Shown one piece after another: positions 46,630 through 55,932 of a stretch of 64,000 bases of DNA. The stretch is from an uncultured Gemmatimonadales bacterium. Lineage in GTDB: Bacteria > Gemmatimonadota > Gemmatimonadetes > Gemmatimonadales > GWC2-71-9. Location of the stretch: assembly GCA_963795085.1 (NCBI GenBank), contig CAWCFX010000001.1:736001-800000 (forward strand). The letters are read 5' to 3'. Below the pieces are notes generated by a model, which was not told where the DNA came from, did no database searches, and worked only from the letters and a program-made list of their open reading frames with translations. The translations under genes and the position numbers were made by a program. The number at the start of each line of letters is the position of its first letter. Position 1 is the first letter of the stretch.

Positions 46630-49617
46630 CTATCCCCCCACTCGCTTAAGGCCGGCCCGGGCCTCCTCCAGCATTGGCCGGAACATTGGATCGGGATCAT
46701 TCCAGAGCGCCACGGCGCGCCGGTAGTCACGGCGCGCTTCGTCGTTGCGGCCCAGCCGCTCCAGGAGCCGGCCCCGGCGGATCAGGGACGGCGTGAGGTA
46801 GGGCAGCCCGAGGTAGGCCTTGTCGTCGAGCGTGGCAAACCAGTGCAGCGCTTCCGTCTCCCGCCCTTGCCGTTCCAGGAGGTCCGCCCGCAGGTACCGC
46901 TCGCGGGGACCGGAAAAGAACGGGCTCAACTGCAACAGGTAGGACAACCGGTAGTCCCCGCCTTCCAGCACCCGGAGGGCCTCGCCGGGGTTGCCCTGGC
47001 CCAGGGCGATCTCGGCGCGAATGCCCGCGGCCAGGTTGCGCGCCAGCTTGACCTGGTCCCCGAAGCTTCGCAGGGCGACCAGGCCATCCGCGGCGCGCGC
47101 CGCGGCGGGGTAATCCCGGGCCAGCGCCGCGTACAATCCCTGCAGGTAGAGGCGATAGTGATCGTAGAGGTCGCGATGAATCGTGAACTGAATGCTCGCG
47201 TCGGCGGGGGGCTCGATCCCCGGCGCCGCGATGGCAGACAGCCGCGGCCGCGCTGCCGCCAGCGATTCCGCCGGTGACTGCACGAAGGGGGCCGCCTGGA
47301 AATACGCGTCGTATGCCGTGGCGAGGCCCGGGTCCAGGGTCCTCGCGCTGTCGAGGTCCCGGCGCGCGGCTGCCCACTTTCCCATGCCCAGGTGGACCGC
47401 ACTCGCCATAAGGAACCCATTGGCCCGGATCACCGGGTTCCGCGAAGGGCTGGTCAGGAGGGCAACGACGGCGAGGCCCGCGGGCAGGTCCTCCGCATAG
47501 GATGCCACGTCCAGGACCGTAATCGCCACCGTCAGGCTGGTGCCCAGCCGCAGGGAGTCGAGGACCTGGCGCATGGCGGCGGTGTCCCGGTGCACCACGG
47601 CCTGCAGCATGGCGAGTTCCTGCTCTTCGGCCCGCGCCGCGGCCACCGTCTGCCCGCTCGCGGCACGGATCCGCTTCACCTTGGCCACCAGGGTGTCCAG
47701 GCCGGCTGTGTCATTGTCGGCGGCGGCCATCCGGGCGAGGTGGATCAGGGGGATCAGGTTATCCGGTTCGAACGAGACCACCCGCATCCAGGCCGGGCGT
47801 GATTCCCGAAAATCCCGGCCATGCACCGGACCGGTATGGAACAGCAGTTCCGCGAGCTGCATCCAGGCTTCGATATCGTCCGGGTAGGTGCCCAGGATGC
47901 CGCGAAAGATACGCTCGGCTGTCGCCAGGTCTCCGATAGTCCCGGCGGTGGTGGCCTGCAGCAACTGCCGAAACCGTTCCGGAAGCTCGGTGCTGAGCCG
48001 CTCGGCCCGCACCGCCGCATCCCGAACGATGTCATCCCGGGTCAGCCACTGGGCCGCGACGCTCATGCGATACCAGGCGAGGGCGAAGTTGGAATCCGCC
48101 GCGGTGGCCCGGGTGTACGCCGCCATGGCCTCGTCGAAGCGGCCGGTGCGCATCGCGCTCTCGCCGTCGAGGTAGGCCTTGAACGCGGGGAGCGAAGACG
48201 TCGTGACCCCGGCCAGCCGGCCCGCCGCGGACCCCGCGCGCTCGGCCAGCAACCGGGCGGCCAGCCGGTCCACCAGCTCGAACACCATCGACACGTCGCC
48301 CTCTTCCGTCGCCAGGAGGGCGGGCCGGTCCGAGTCATGGCCGTAGAGGCGGGCGGTGATCTGGACCCGCGGTCCTACGGCGACGACATCTCCCAGCACG
48401 AACATCCCCGCCGAAAAGCGCTGGGCCACCCGGCGGGCCTCCGCCGGGTCCAGGGGGCCGGCCTCCATCTGCTTGAGGTAGCTGAGCAGGGCACGCGTGT
48501 CGACCGTCCGCAGGTCGCCCGCCCCGTCCATCTTGGTGCTGAGCAGGGTGACCATGCCCTCGCCGAGGTGCAGCGTGTCCTGTCCCTGGACTGCAAACGG
48601 CATGACCGCGACGGTGGACGCATTGAGCGGGCTGGCGGAGGCAGGCATCAGCCGTACGACGACGAGATAGGCGCCGAGCAGGACGAGCAGCACCACGGCG
48701 ACCAGGGTGAGCGCACGGGAGCGGGGCGGGCTGACGGCCGGGGACGGTCCGCTTTCCCCCTGCTGCAGTGCGGTGCCGAATGCCCGGGCGGAGCGCTGGC
48801 GTCTGGCGGGATCCTTGGCCATGCCGGCCTGGATCGCCGTGTCGATCGGCGCCGAGATCTCCGGCCGCGCGACGCGCAGCGAGGGAACCGGGTCCATCAG
48901 GTGGCGGGCGGCGATGGCGGTAGGGCTGGGGCCGAGGTAGGGAGCCTTGCCCGCCAGCATTTCGTAGGTCACGCAGGCCAGGCTGTAGAGATCGCTCTTG
49001 CCGTCCACATCCGGCCGGCCCTCGATCTGCTCAGGGCTCATGTACGCCGGGGTCCCGATGGTATGCCCGGTCTCGGTCAGGTTTCCCGCCGCCTCCTGGT
49101 CCCGCAGGGCTCCCAGGGCCCTGGAGATGCCGAAGTCCGCCACCAGGGCGTGGCCCCCTTCGAGCAGGATGTTCTCCGGCTTGATGTCACGGTGCACCAC
49201 CCCGGCCGCGTGCGCGTGGTCCAGGGCTTCGGCGACCTCGGCGGCGATCTTGACCGCTACCGGCACGGGAAGGGCGCCCTCCCGCTCCAGCAGGGCGCGG
49301 AGGCTCTCCCCTTCGATCCGGGGCATGATGTAATACAGCACCGGCGGCTCCGCCGCGGTGGCCGCGACATCGCCGGAATCGAAGAGCGGGATGATATGGG
49401 GGTGGCGGAGCCGGGCCGCGATCTGGATCTCGCGGAGGAATCGCTCGGTGCCGAGGGCGGCGGCCAGCTCGGGCCGGAGCACCTTGATTGCCACGGTACG
49501 GTTGTGCTTCAGGTCCTCAGCGGTGTACACGGTCGCCATCCCGCCCCGCCCGATCTGCTCGCCGACCGTGTACCGGCCGGCGAGGGCCGCGCGCAGCCGG
49601 GCGGCGAGATCAGACAT
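46630..49617 (-). CDS. Ser/Thr protein kinase - TM - TolB-N-like - TPR
   Basis: GRGGMATVY, VAIK, HRDIKPEN, DFG, YMSPE; TM; VAVMPF; TTSSLPAFKAYL; helical repeats. Confidence 0.92.
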   Translation of the reverse strand: MSDLAARLRAALAGRYTVGEQIGRGGMATVYTAEDLKHNRTVAIKVLRPELAAALGTERFLREIQIAARLRHPHIIPLFDSGDVAATAAEPPVLYYIMPRIEGESLRALLEREGALPVPVAVKIAAEVAEALDHAHAAGVVHRDIKPENILLEGGHALVADFGISRALGALRDQEAAGNLTETGHTIGTPAYMSPEQIEGRPDVDGKSDLYSLACVTYEMLAGKAPYLGPSPTAIAARHLMDPVPSLRVARPEISAPIDTAIQAGMAKDPARRQRSARAFGTALQQGESGPSPAVSPPRSRALTLVAVVLLVLLGAYLVVVRLMPASASPLNASTVAVMPFAVQGQDTLHLGEGMVTLLSTKMDGAGDLRTVDTRALLSYLKQMEAGPLDPAEARRVAQRFSAGMFVLGDVVAVGPRVQITARLYGHDSDRPALLATEEGDVSMVFELVDRLAARLLAERAGSAAGRLAGVTTSSLPAFKAYLDGESAMRTGRFDEAMAAYTRATAADSNFALAWYRMSVAAQWLTRDDIVRDAAVRAERLSTELPERFRQLLQATTAGTIGDLATAERIFRGILGTYPDDIEAWMQLAELLFHTGPVHGRDFRESRPAWMRVVSFEPDNLIPLIHLARMAAADNDTAGLDTLVAKVKRIRAASGQTVAAARAEEQELAMLQAVVHRDTAAMRQVLDSLRLGTSLTVAITVLDVASYAEDLPAGLAVVALLTSPSRNPVIRANGFLMASAVHLGMGKWAAARRDLDSARTLDPGLATAYDAYFQAAPFVQSPAESLAAARPRLSAIAAPGIEPPADASIQFTIHRDLYDHYRLYLQGLYAALARDYPAAARAADGLVALRSFGDQVKLARNLAAGIRAEIALGQGNPGEALRVLEGGDYRLSYLLQLSPFFSGPRERYLRADLLERQGRETEALHWFATLDDKAYLGLPYLTPSLIRRGRLLERLGRNDEARRDYRRAVALWNDPDPMFRPMLEEARAGLKRVGG

Positions 49618-49667
49618 GGCTCGGGTCCGGGCGCATGGCGGACCGGGGCCGGGGACTCGGGCTCCCC

Positions 49668-50954
49668 CTACTTCCGCTTGCCGATGGAGACGTAGGGACG
49701 CTCGTCGGCGCCGGTGTAGATCTGGCGGGGGCGGGAGATCTTCTGATCTTTGTCCAGCAGCATCTCTTCCCACTGGGCCAGCCACCCGGGCGTGCGGCCC
49801 AGCGCGAAGAGCACAGTGAAGTATTCGGTGGGATACCCCATCGCCTGGTAGATCAGGCCGGAGTAGAAGTCCACGTTGGGATAGAGCTTCCGGCTGATGA
49901 AATATTCGTCCTGGAGGGCGATCCGCTCCAGCTCGAGGGCAACTTCCAGCTTGGGATTGAGGCCGGTCTGGGCGAAGACTTCGTCGGCCACCCGCTTGAT
50001 CAGCTTGGCCCGGGGATCGTAGCTCTTGTACACCCGGTGGCCGAAGCCCATCAGCCGGCCCTCACCGCCCTTGACCTTCTCGATGAACGCGGGAATCTCC
50101 TTCTTGCTGCCGATCTCGTCCAGCATCCGGAGGACCGCCTCGTTGGCCCCGCCGTGGAGCGGCCCGTACAGGGCCGCGATACCGGCGGAAACGGCGGAGA
50201 ACGGGTCCACTTCCGAGGAGCCCACCGCCCGGACCGCGCTGGTCGAAGCGTTCTGTTCGTGGTCGGCATGCAGGATCAGCAGGATTTCCAGCGCCTTCTG
50301 CAGCACCGGGTTGGGCTCGTGCCTGCCCCCGATGCTGAACGTCATGTTGACGAAGTTCCCGATATAGCCGAGGTCGTTCCGGGGGAACTCGTAGGGCAGC
50401 CCGCGGCTGTGCCGAAAGGCGAATGCCGCGATGGTGGGCATCTTGGCCAGCAACCGGACCCGCTGGACGTAGCGGTTCTCCGCGTCGCGGATGTTCTTGG
50501 CGTCGGGGTAGAAGGTCGAGAGCGCGCCCACCACCCCGAGCAGCATGCCCATGGGGTGGGCGTCGTAGCGGAACCCGCCGAGAAACTTGATGATGTTGGT
50601 GTGCACGTAGGTGTGATAGGTAATGTCGTGCACGAACTTGTCGAGCTGGGCCTGGTTGGGCAGTTCCCCTTCGCAGAGGAGGTAGGCGACCTCGAGGAAG
50701 CTGGCATGCTCGGCCAGTTGCTCGATGGGATAACCCCGGTACCGCAGGATGCCCTTGTCCCCGTCGATGAACGTAATGGCGCTCCGGCAGGCCGCGGTGT
50801 TCATGAACGCCGGATCGTAGGTCATCAGTCCGAAGTCATCGTCTGCCGTCTTGATCTTGCGAAGGTCCATGGCCTGGATGGTGCCGTCGTTGATCGGCAG
50901 CTCGTAGGCCTTGCCGGTGCGGTTGTCGGTAACGGACAGGGATTCTTTGGACAC
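49668..50954 (-). CDS. gltA: Citrate synthase
   Basis: YDPAFMNTA, GILRYRGY, HADHEQNAST, GPLHGGANE, GFGHRVYK, YPNVDFYSG, RPRQIY. Confidence 0.97.
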   Translation of the reverse strand: MSKESLSVTDNRTGKAYELPINDGTIQAMDLRKIKTADDDFGLMTYDPAFMNTAACRSAITFIDGDKGILRYRGYPIEQLAEHASFLEVAYLLCEGELPNQAQLDKFVHDITYHTYVHTNIIKFLGGFRYDAHPMGMLLGVVGALSTFYPDAKNIRDAENRYVQRVRLLAKMPTIAAFAFRHSRGLPYEFPRNDLGYIGNFVNMTFSIGGRHEPNPVLQKALEILLILHADHEQNASTSAVRAVGSSEVDPFSAVSAGIAALYGPLHGGANEAVLRMLDEIGSKKEIPAFIEKVKGGEGRLMGFGHRVYKSYDPRAKLIKRVADEVFAQTGLNPKLEVALELERIALQDEYFISRKLYPNVDFYSGLIYQAMGYPTEYFTVLFALGRTPGWLAQWEEMLLDKDQKISRPRQIYTGADERPYVSIGKRK

Positions 50955-51082
50955 GGTGGTTCCTTGGTGTGGAGGCGGGGGGACGTCCCAAAATAGCCGG
51001 GATGCGGCAACCCGGGAAAGGCGCGGCGCCGGCCTGGGCCGGACGGGCGAAAGCGGACACATGCGATTACTCTACGGCCCCG

Positions 51083-52000
51083 ATGACGACGCCGATCTCC
51101 CTGTCCCTGGCCGACCGTGCCCGGGGCTGTCTCCTGGGCCTCGCGGCCGGCAATGTCCTGGGCCTGCCAGCCGAATTCCTGGGCACCGCGGATGCCATTG
51201 CCCGGCGGTTTCCCGGCGGGGTGACCGAGGTGCGCCGGGAGGATACGCCCGCCTCGCCTCACGACGATGACGTGGCCCTGGCATTGATCCAGGGGGAAGA
51301 ACTGCTCCAGCCCGAAATCGACGTGGAGCGCCTGGCCCGGCGCTGGGTGGAGTGGCGGCAGCGGGACGGCCGGGGCATCGGCACCTGGACCCGGACCGCC
51401 CTGGACCACATCGCCACCCAGCACTCGCCGCCGGCGCACACCGGCGGCGCCGCGGGTAACGGCTCGATCCCCCGCACCATTCCGGTCGCCCTGGCCACCG
51501 TGCATTCCCCCGCCAACCTGGTCAGCGGGTCCTACCACCTGGCCCACCTGCTGCATCCGGATCCCCGCTGCGCCTGGGGCGCGGTGGCGGTCAACGTCGC
51601 CGTCGCGTGGTTTCTGCATGGCGAACGCGACTTCCTTCCCGAGGTGCTGCAGGCGCTCACCGCCAATGGTGCCCCGGAAGAACTGATCGCAGCGGTGCGC
51701 CGGGTCCCGCTGGAGAAGCGAGAGGCCTTGCCCGTCGCCGGGCCGGAGGCGGGATACGTCGTGCATTGCGTGGAGATCGCGCTCTGGTTCGCCTACCACG
51801 AGCCGCAGCTGGAACGCGGTCTCGTCTGGCTGGCCAGTGCCGGGGGGGACACCGATACCAACGCGGCGGTGGCCGGCGCGCTCATGGGAGCCCGGGATGG
51901 TGAAGCCGCTATTCCCGGCCGTTGGCTGGAGCAGGTGGCCGAGGTGCCGCGCCTCCGGTCCCTCGCGAGCCGGCTGGTGGGAGAGATGGGGCAGGCGTAG
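51083..52000 (+). CDS. ADP-ribosylglycohydrolase family protein (DraG/ARH-like)
   Basis: ARGCLLGLAAGNVLG, HDDD, GIG..T..AL, AGNGS, GGDTDTNAAVAGAL.GA. Confidence 0.88.
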   Translation: MTTPISLSLADRARGCLLGLAAGNVLGLPAEFLGTADAIARRFPGGVTEVRREDTPASPHDDDVALALIQGEELLQPEIDVERLARRWVEWRQRDGRGIGTWTRTALDHIATQHSPPAHTGGAAGNGSIPRTIPVALATVHSPANLVSGSYHLAHLLHPDPRCAWGAVAVNVAVAWFLHGERDFLPEVLQALTANGAPEELIAAVRRVPLEKREALPVAGPEAGYVVHCVEIALWFAYHEPQLERGLVWLASAGGDTDTNAAVAGALMGARDGEAAIPGRWLEQVAEVPRLRSLASRLVGEMGQA

Positions 52001-52039
52001 CGGATCGGATAGCGAGCGGCTCAGCGCTGTGGCAATGAG

Positions 52040-53305
52040 CTATTGCGGCGCGGCGGTGAGGGGAGGCCCAGGGTCCGTGAGGAAGAACTCTGATTGGGGC
52101 TTTCGGTGGACAAAGGCACCGAGGTATGCGGCCCCCCACCTCCGGCGGAAGTCTTCCGCCTCGCGCTGGCCAACCAGGGCATACACGCTGCCACCGAAAC
52201 CGGCGCCGAAGGCGGAGGCTGCCACCGCGCCCTGTTCCCGTGCCAGCCGGGCCAGCGTGATCGTCTCGGGGACCTGGTTGCCCAGCATCCGTTCCGCCAG
52301 GAGCTGGGAAAGGTCCACGGTCTCTCCCAGCGCGGCCAGGTCACCCGACTCGAGCGCCGCCGCGGCGTCGGGCACCAGGACCGTGCTCTCCATGACCACC
52401 TGTTCCAGCCGGGCCAGCAGGTCAGCCTGTCCGAACTCTCCCTCTCCCACCAACTTGACCGCGGCCCGCCATCGGGCATGCGCATCCGGCTCGCCGTCCA
52501 CGGCGGCGAGGATGCTGGTGTCGGCCCGGCCGGTGGCCGCGTTCCAGATGGAGAAGAGCCGCGCCGTGAGACGGGGAATCCGGTTGTAGGCGGCTAACGC
52601 CGGGCCGGTCTTTTCCGCCGCCACCCCGCTCACCGCGATGACAAAGGTGAGATCGGGAGGAACCGGAAGGATCGCTTCCTGCCGGAGCGGACCGAACCGG
52701 CACTGCAACAGCGCGCCCGGCTGGCTCAGCAGGATGGCCGCATGGTCCTGGCACCCGCCGGCCGTCCCCACCCCCTGGTCGCCATCCAGGGAGCGATGCG
52801 CCGCTCCATTTTCCATCGCCCCCAGATACTCGGCCCGTTCCTCCGTTCCCGGAACATCGCGGCGAAACGAAGGGTGATCGCCCACCCGGTTTGCAGCGGC
52901 GAGCGCGTGGAAGAACCCGGTGACGAGGGCGCTGGAGGAACTGAGCCCGGCGGCGGAAGGCAGGTTGCTGGCGAAATGGATGTCGGCCCCGCGCGAAGAC
53001 CCGAAGTTTCGGGCCAGCCGGCGGGCGACGGCCATGGCGTAGCCGGCCCATCCCGAAACAATTTCCAGGTCCGGCCCGATCTCGAATCTGGTCTCCAGGT
53101 CCAGCCCGACGTCGTGGATGATGACCTGGCGGTCCGCCCGGGGCCGGGCCGCAACGGCGATGCCCCGGTCGATCGCGGCGACCAGGCTGCGACCGCCGGC
53201 GTAATCGGTGTGTTTGCCGAGGAACTCGAGCCGCCCCGGAACGAAGAACGAGAAGGTGTCTCTGCCGGTGGGGAGCCGGTCGAACAGATCCGCTGGAACG
53301 CTCAC
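52040..53305 (-). CDS. Galactokinase-family GHMP sugar kinase
   Basis: PGRLEFLGKHTDYAGG, PSAAGLSSSSA, GGCQDH, AFGAGFGGSV. Confidence 0.88.
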   Translation of the reverse strand: MSVPADLFDRLPTGRDTFSFFVPGRLEFLGKHTDYAGGRSLVAAIDRGIAVAARPRADRQVIIHDVGLDLETRFEIGPDLEIVSGWAGYAMAVARRLARNFGSSRGADIHFASNLPSAAGLSSSSALVTGFFHALAAANRVGDHPSFRRDVPGTEERAEYLGAMENGAAHRSLDGDQGVGTAGGCQDHAAILLSQPGALLQCRFGPLRQEAILPVPPDLTFVIAVSGVAAEKTGPALAAYNRIPRLTARLFSIWNAATGRADTSILAAVDGEPDAHARWRAAVKLVGEGEFGQADLLARLEQVVMESTVLVPDAAAALESGDLAALGETVDLSQLLAERMLGNQVPETITLARLAREQGAVAASAFGAGFGGSVYALVGQREAEDFRRRWGAAYLGAFVHRKPQSEFFLTDPGPPLTAAPQ

Positions 53306-54129
53306 AATCGGACGGATTGATGCAGGAAATGACGCTGGACCCGGTCGATATCCCCCCGGGTCGAGATATCGAACACACCCTCCCCGGACCCGATCACCCG
53401 GTAGCGCTCGCCCAGGACGTCGATGGAGTACTGCACGGCATCGGGAAGTTCCAGTTCTCCCCGGGGCGAGGGGCCGATGGCGCGGCAGGCCTCGAAGATC
53501 CGGGGAGAGAACCGCCAGCAGTTCATGCTGGTCATGGCCTCATCGTTCCCGGTGCCGGAGGTCCCCAGGCGCTGGAGGTGCCCATCCTCTCCGGGAACCA
53601 CTACGGGGAAAGACTCGGCGCGCTCCCGGGGGACGCCGGTCCGTTCCATCAGGCCCGCCCGGGTAAAGGCGACGAGCCCCGGCCCATCGAGCTGGCGCAG
53701 GGCCGCGAGTGCGGCGCAGGGATAGTAGTTGTCGGAGTTGAGGACCAGGAACGGGTCGGCACCAGAGAAGCTTCGGGCGGCCAGCACGGCGTCTGCCGTT
53801 CCCAGGGGGGCGGCCTGGATGGCATGCTGAATGGTGATCCGGGTGAGCCCCAGCCCATCGTAGTAGTCGCGAACGGCACCGTGTTCCGGGCCGGTGACGA
53901 GACAGATCTCGACGGCGCCCGCATCGGCCAGGGCGGCCAGGGTGTAGTCCAGGAACGGCCGCCCGACCGGGATCATGGCTTTGACGCCGGTCGCCGCGAC
54001 CCGCGCCTGCTCGTCGGAAAGCGGGGCGGCGTCATCGGGCCGGCGCATCCGGGTGCCCAGGCCCCGGGCCATGATGACGGCCTTGGAGACGGCGCAAGGC
54101 GGCAAGGGGGCAAGGGGGCCGGGGGGCAA
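53302..54129 (-). CDS. Sugar-1-phosphate nucleotidyltransferase (NTP_transferase family)
   Basis: KAVIMARGLGTRM, KAMIPVGRPFL, QAAPLGTADAV, NSDNYY, SPRGELEL; start uncertain (TTG 54129 or 54105). Confidence 0.85.
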   Translation of the reverse strand: MPPGPLAPLPPCAVSKAVIMARGLGTRMRRPDDAAPLSDEQARVAATGVKAMIPVGRPFLDYTLAALADAGAVEICLVTGPEHGAVRDYYDGLGLTRITIQHAIQAAPLGTADAVLAARSFSGADPFLVLNSDNYYPCAALAALRQLDGPGLVAFTRAGLMERTGVPRERAESFPVVVPGEDGHLQRLGTSGTGNDEAMTSMNCWRFSPRIFEACRAIGPSPRGELELPDAVQYSIDVLGERYRVIGSGEGVFDISTRGDIDRVQRHFLHQSVRL

Positions 54130-54131
54130 GG
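54094..54131. repeat. Octamer repeat (GCAAGGGG)-like x5
   Basis: gcaaggcg gcaagggg gcaagggg gccggggg gcaagg. Confidence 0.75.
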
Positions 54132-55901
54132 TCAGTCGGCCGCCGCGCTCCACATCTTCGGCAGCAGGCGGACCAGTCCGGCCAGGCTGACGGCGAACAC
54201 GGCCAGCCACATGAAGCCCTGGGGGTGGTTGCCGTACAGGAAACTCCCGGTACCGAAGAGCGCCGAGTAGATGAAGGCCACGCCGAGCACCCAGCCGAGC
54301 AGACTGTTGCTGAAGCTGTCGGGGGACGGTCCCACGCCGGCTTCCTCGCGGATGCCGTTCCACCCGGGGCCGGCGGGGCGGACCAGTCGGTAGAAACTGA
54401 CCAGGGTGGCGCGGGCGGTCGGCTGGGAAAGAAAGGTCACGGTGATCCAGACGACCGAGGTCGAGGCGACCGTGATGATGAGCGAGATGTGTTCCGGGAT
54501 CCCGTGCCCGGTCTTGGAGGCGATGAAGAATCCGACCGCGACAATGAACGAGCTGGCCATGGCGGCGACTTCGCTCCAGGCGTTGATCCGCCACCAGAAC
54601 CAGCGGAGCAGGTAGAGCAGGCCGGTGCCGGCGCCGATCGAAAGCAGGAGGTTGAAGCTTTCCTTCGCCGAGTCGAAGACATAGGTCGTGAGCGCGGCGA
54701 CCACCATGAGTCCGACGGTGACCAGCCGGCCGACCATGACGTAGTGGCGCTCGGTCGCCGTGGGCACCATGAACCGGCGGTAGAGGTCGTGGACCAGGTA
54801 CGAGGTGCCCCAGTTGAGATGGGTGGACATGGTGGAGACGTAGGCCGACAGGAGGCCGGCGACCATGAGGCCCATCAGGCCGGCCGGCAGGAACCGGAGC
54901 ATGGCGGGATAGGCCATGTCGTGTCCCACCAGCCGGGGATCCACGTGGGGAAAGGTCCGCGAGATGTCCGATAGCTCGGGATAGACCAGGAGCGAGGCCA
55001 GGCCGACGATCACCCAGGGCCAGGGGCGGAGGGCATAGTGGGCCACGTTGAAGAGGAGGGTCCCGGCAAAGGCATCCTTCTCGCTTTTCGCGGCCAGCAT
55101 GCGCTGGGCGATATAGCTGCCGCCGCCGGGTTCGGCGCCGGGGTACCAGACTGACCACCACTGGATGGTGATGGGAATGATGAGCACCATCAGCGCCACG
55201 TCCCAGTTGCCGAAATCGGGCAGCAGGCCGAGGGTGCCCGGATCGGTCCGGGCGATCAGGCCGCTCAGGCCGCCCACCTCCGGCTGCTGCAGCGCGAAGT
55301 ATGCGGCGGCGAAGGACCCGGCCATGGCCACCCCGAACTGGATCATGTCGGTGACCATCACGCCCCAGAGGCCCGAGGTCGCCGCGAAGAAGATGTTGAG
55401 CACGGCGCAAATGAGCAGCGTCTTGCCCATGGGCCAGCCCAGCATCACGTTGGCGATCTTGACGGCGGCCAGGTTCACCGTCGCCATGATGAAACAGTTG
55501 AAAAAGAGGCCGAGGTACACCGACCGGAATCCGCGGACGAAGCTGGCCGCCTTGCCCGAGTAGCGGATTTCGTAGAACTCGAGATCGGTGAGCACCCGGG
55601 AGCGCCGCCACATCTTGGCGTAGAAGAAAACCGTGGCCATCCCGGTCAGCAGAAAGGCCCACCAGACCCAGTTGCTGGAGACGCCGCCGGTGCGGACCAG
55701 GTTGGTGACCAGGTTCGGAGTATCGGTGCTGAACGTGGTGGCCACCAGTGAAATGCCGATGAGCCACCAGGGGGCGGACCGGCCCGAGGTGAAGAACTCC
55801 GCCGTGCTGGCCCCCGCCCGGCGGGCCAGCAGGATCGCGGGGATGAAGGAGATGACGACCGATGCGATGACGATGGCCCAGTCCAGCGTGGTGAGATGCA
55901 T
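54132..55901 (-). CDS. Sodium:solute symporter (SSS) family, probably sugar
   Basis: FFTSGRSAPWW, ATTFSTDTP, TDMIQF, YIAQRMLAAK, STMSTHLNWG. Confidence 0.92.
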   Translation of the reverse strand: MHLTTLDWAIVIASVVISFIPAILLARRAGASTAEFFTSGRSAPWWLIGISLVATTFSTDTPNLVTNLVRTGGVSSNWVWWAFLLTGMATVFFYAKMWRRSRVLTDLEFYEIRYSGKAASFVRGFRSVYLGLFFNCFIMATVNLAAVKIANVMLGWPMGKTLLICAVLNIFFAATSGLWGVMVTDMIQFGVAMAGSFAAAYFALQQPEVGGLSGLIARTDPGTLGLLPDFGNWDVALMVLIIPITIQWWSVWYPGAEPGGGSYIAQRMLAAKSEKDAFAGTLLFNVAHYALRPWPWVIVGLASLLVYPELSDISRTFPHVDPRLVGHDMAYPAMLRFLPAGLMGLMVAGLLSAYVSTMSTHLNWGTSYLVHDLYRRFMVPTATERHYVMVGRLVTVGLMVVAALTTYVFDSAKESFNLLLSIGAGTGLLYLLRWFWWRINAWSEVAAMASSFIVAVGFFIASKTGHGIPEHISLIITVASTSVVWITVTFLSQPTARATLVSFYRLVRPAGPGWNGIREEAGVGPSPDSFSNSLLGWVLGVAFIYSALFGTGSFLYGNHPQGFMWLAVFAVSLAGLVRLLPKMWSAAAD

Positions 55902-55932
55902 GGAAGTCCGGGTAAGGGTGAGGTGCGCCCCG

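Noticed and set aside
51083..52000. ADP-ribosylglycohydrolase as an antitoxin or dead enzyme (GNVLG, HDDD)
   Set aside because: Key acidic metal ligands (DD, DTDT) are retained and no ADP-ribosyltransferase is nearby.
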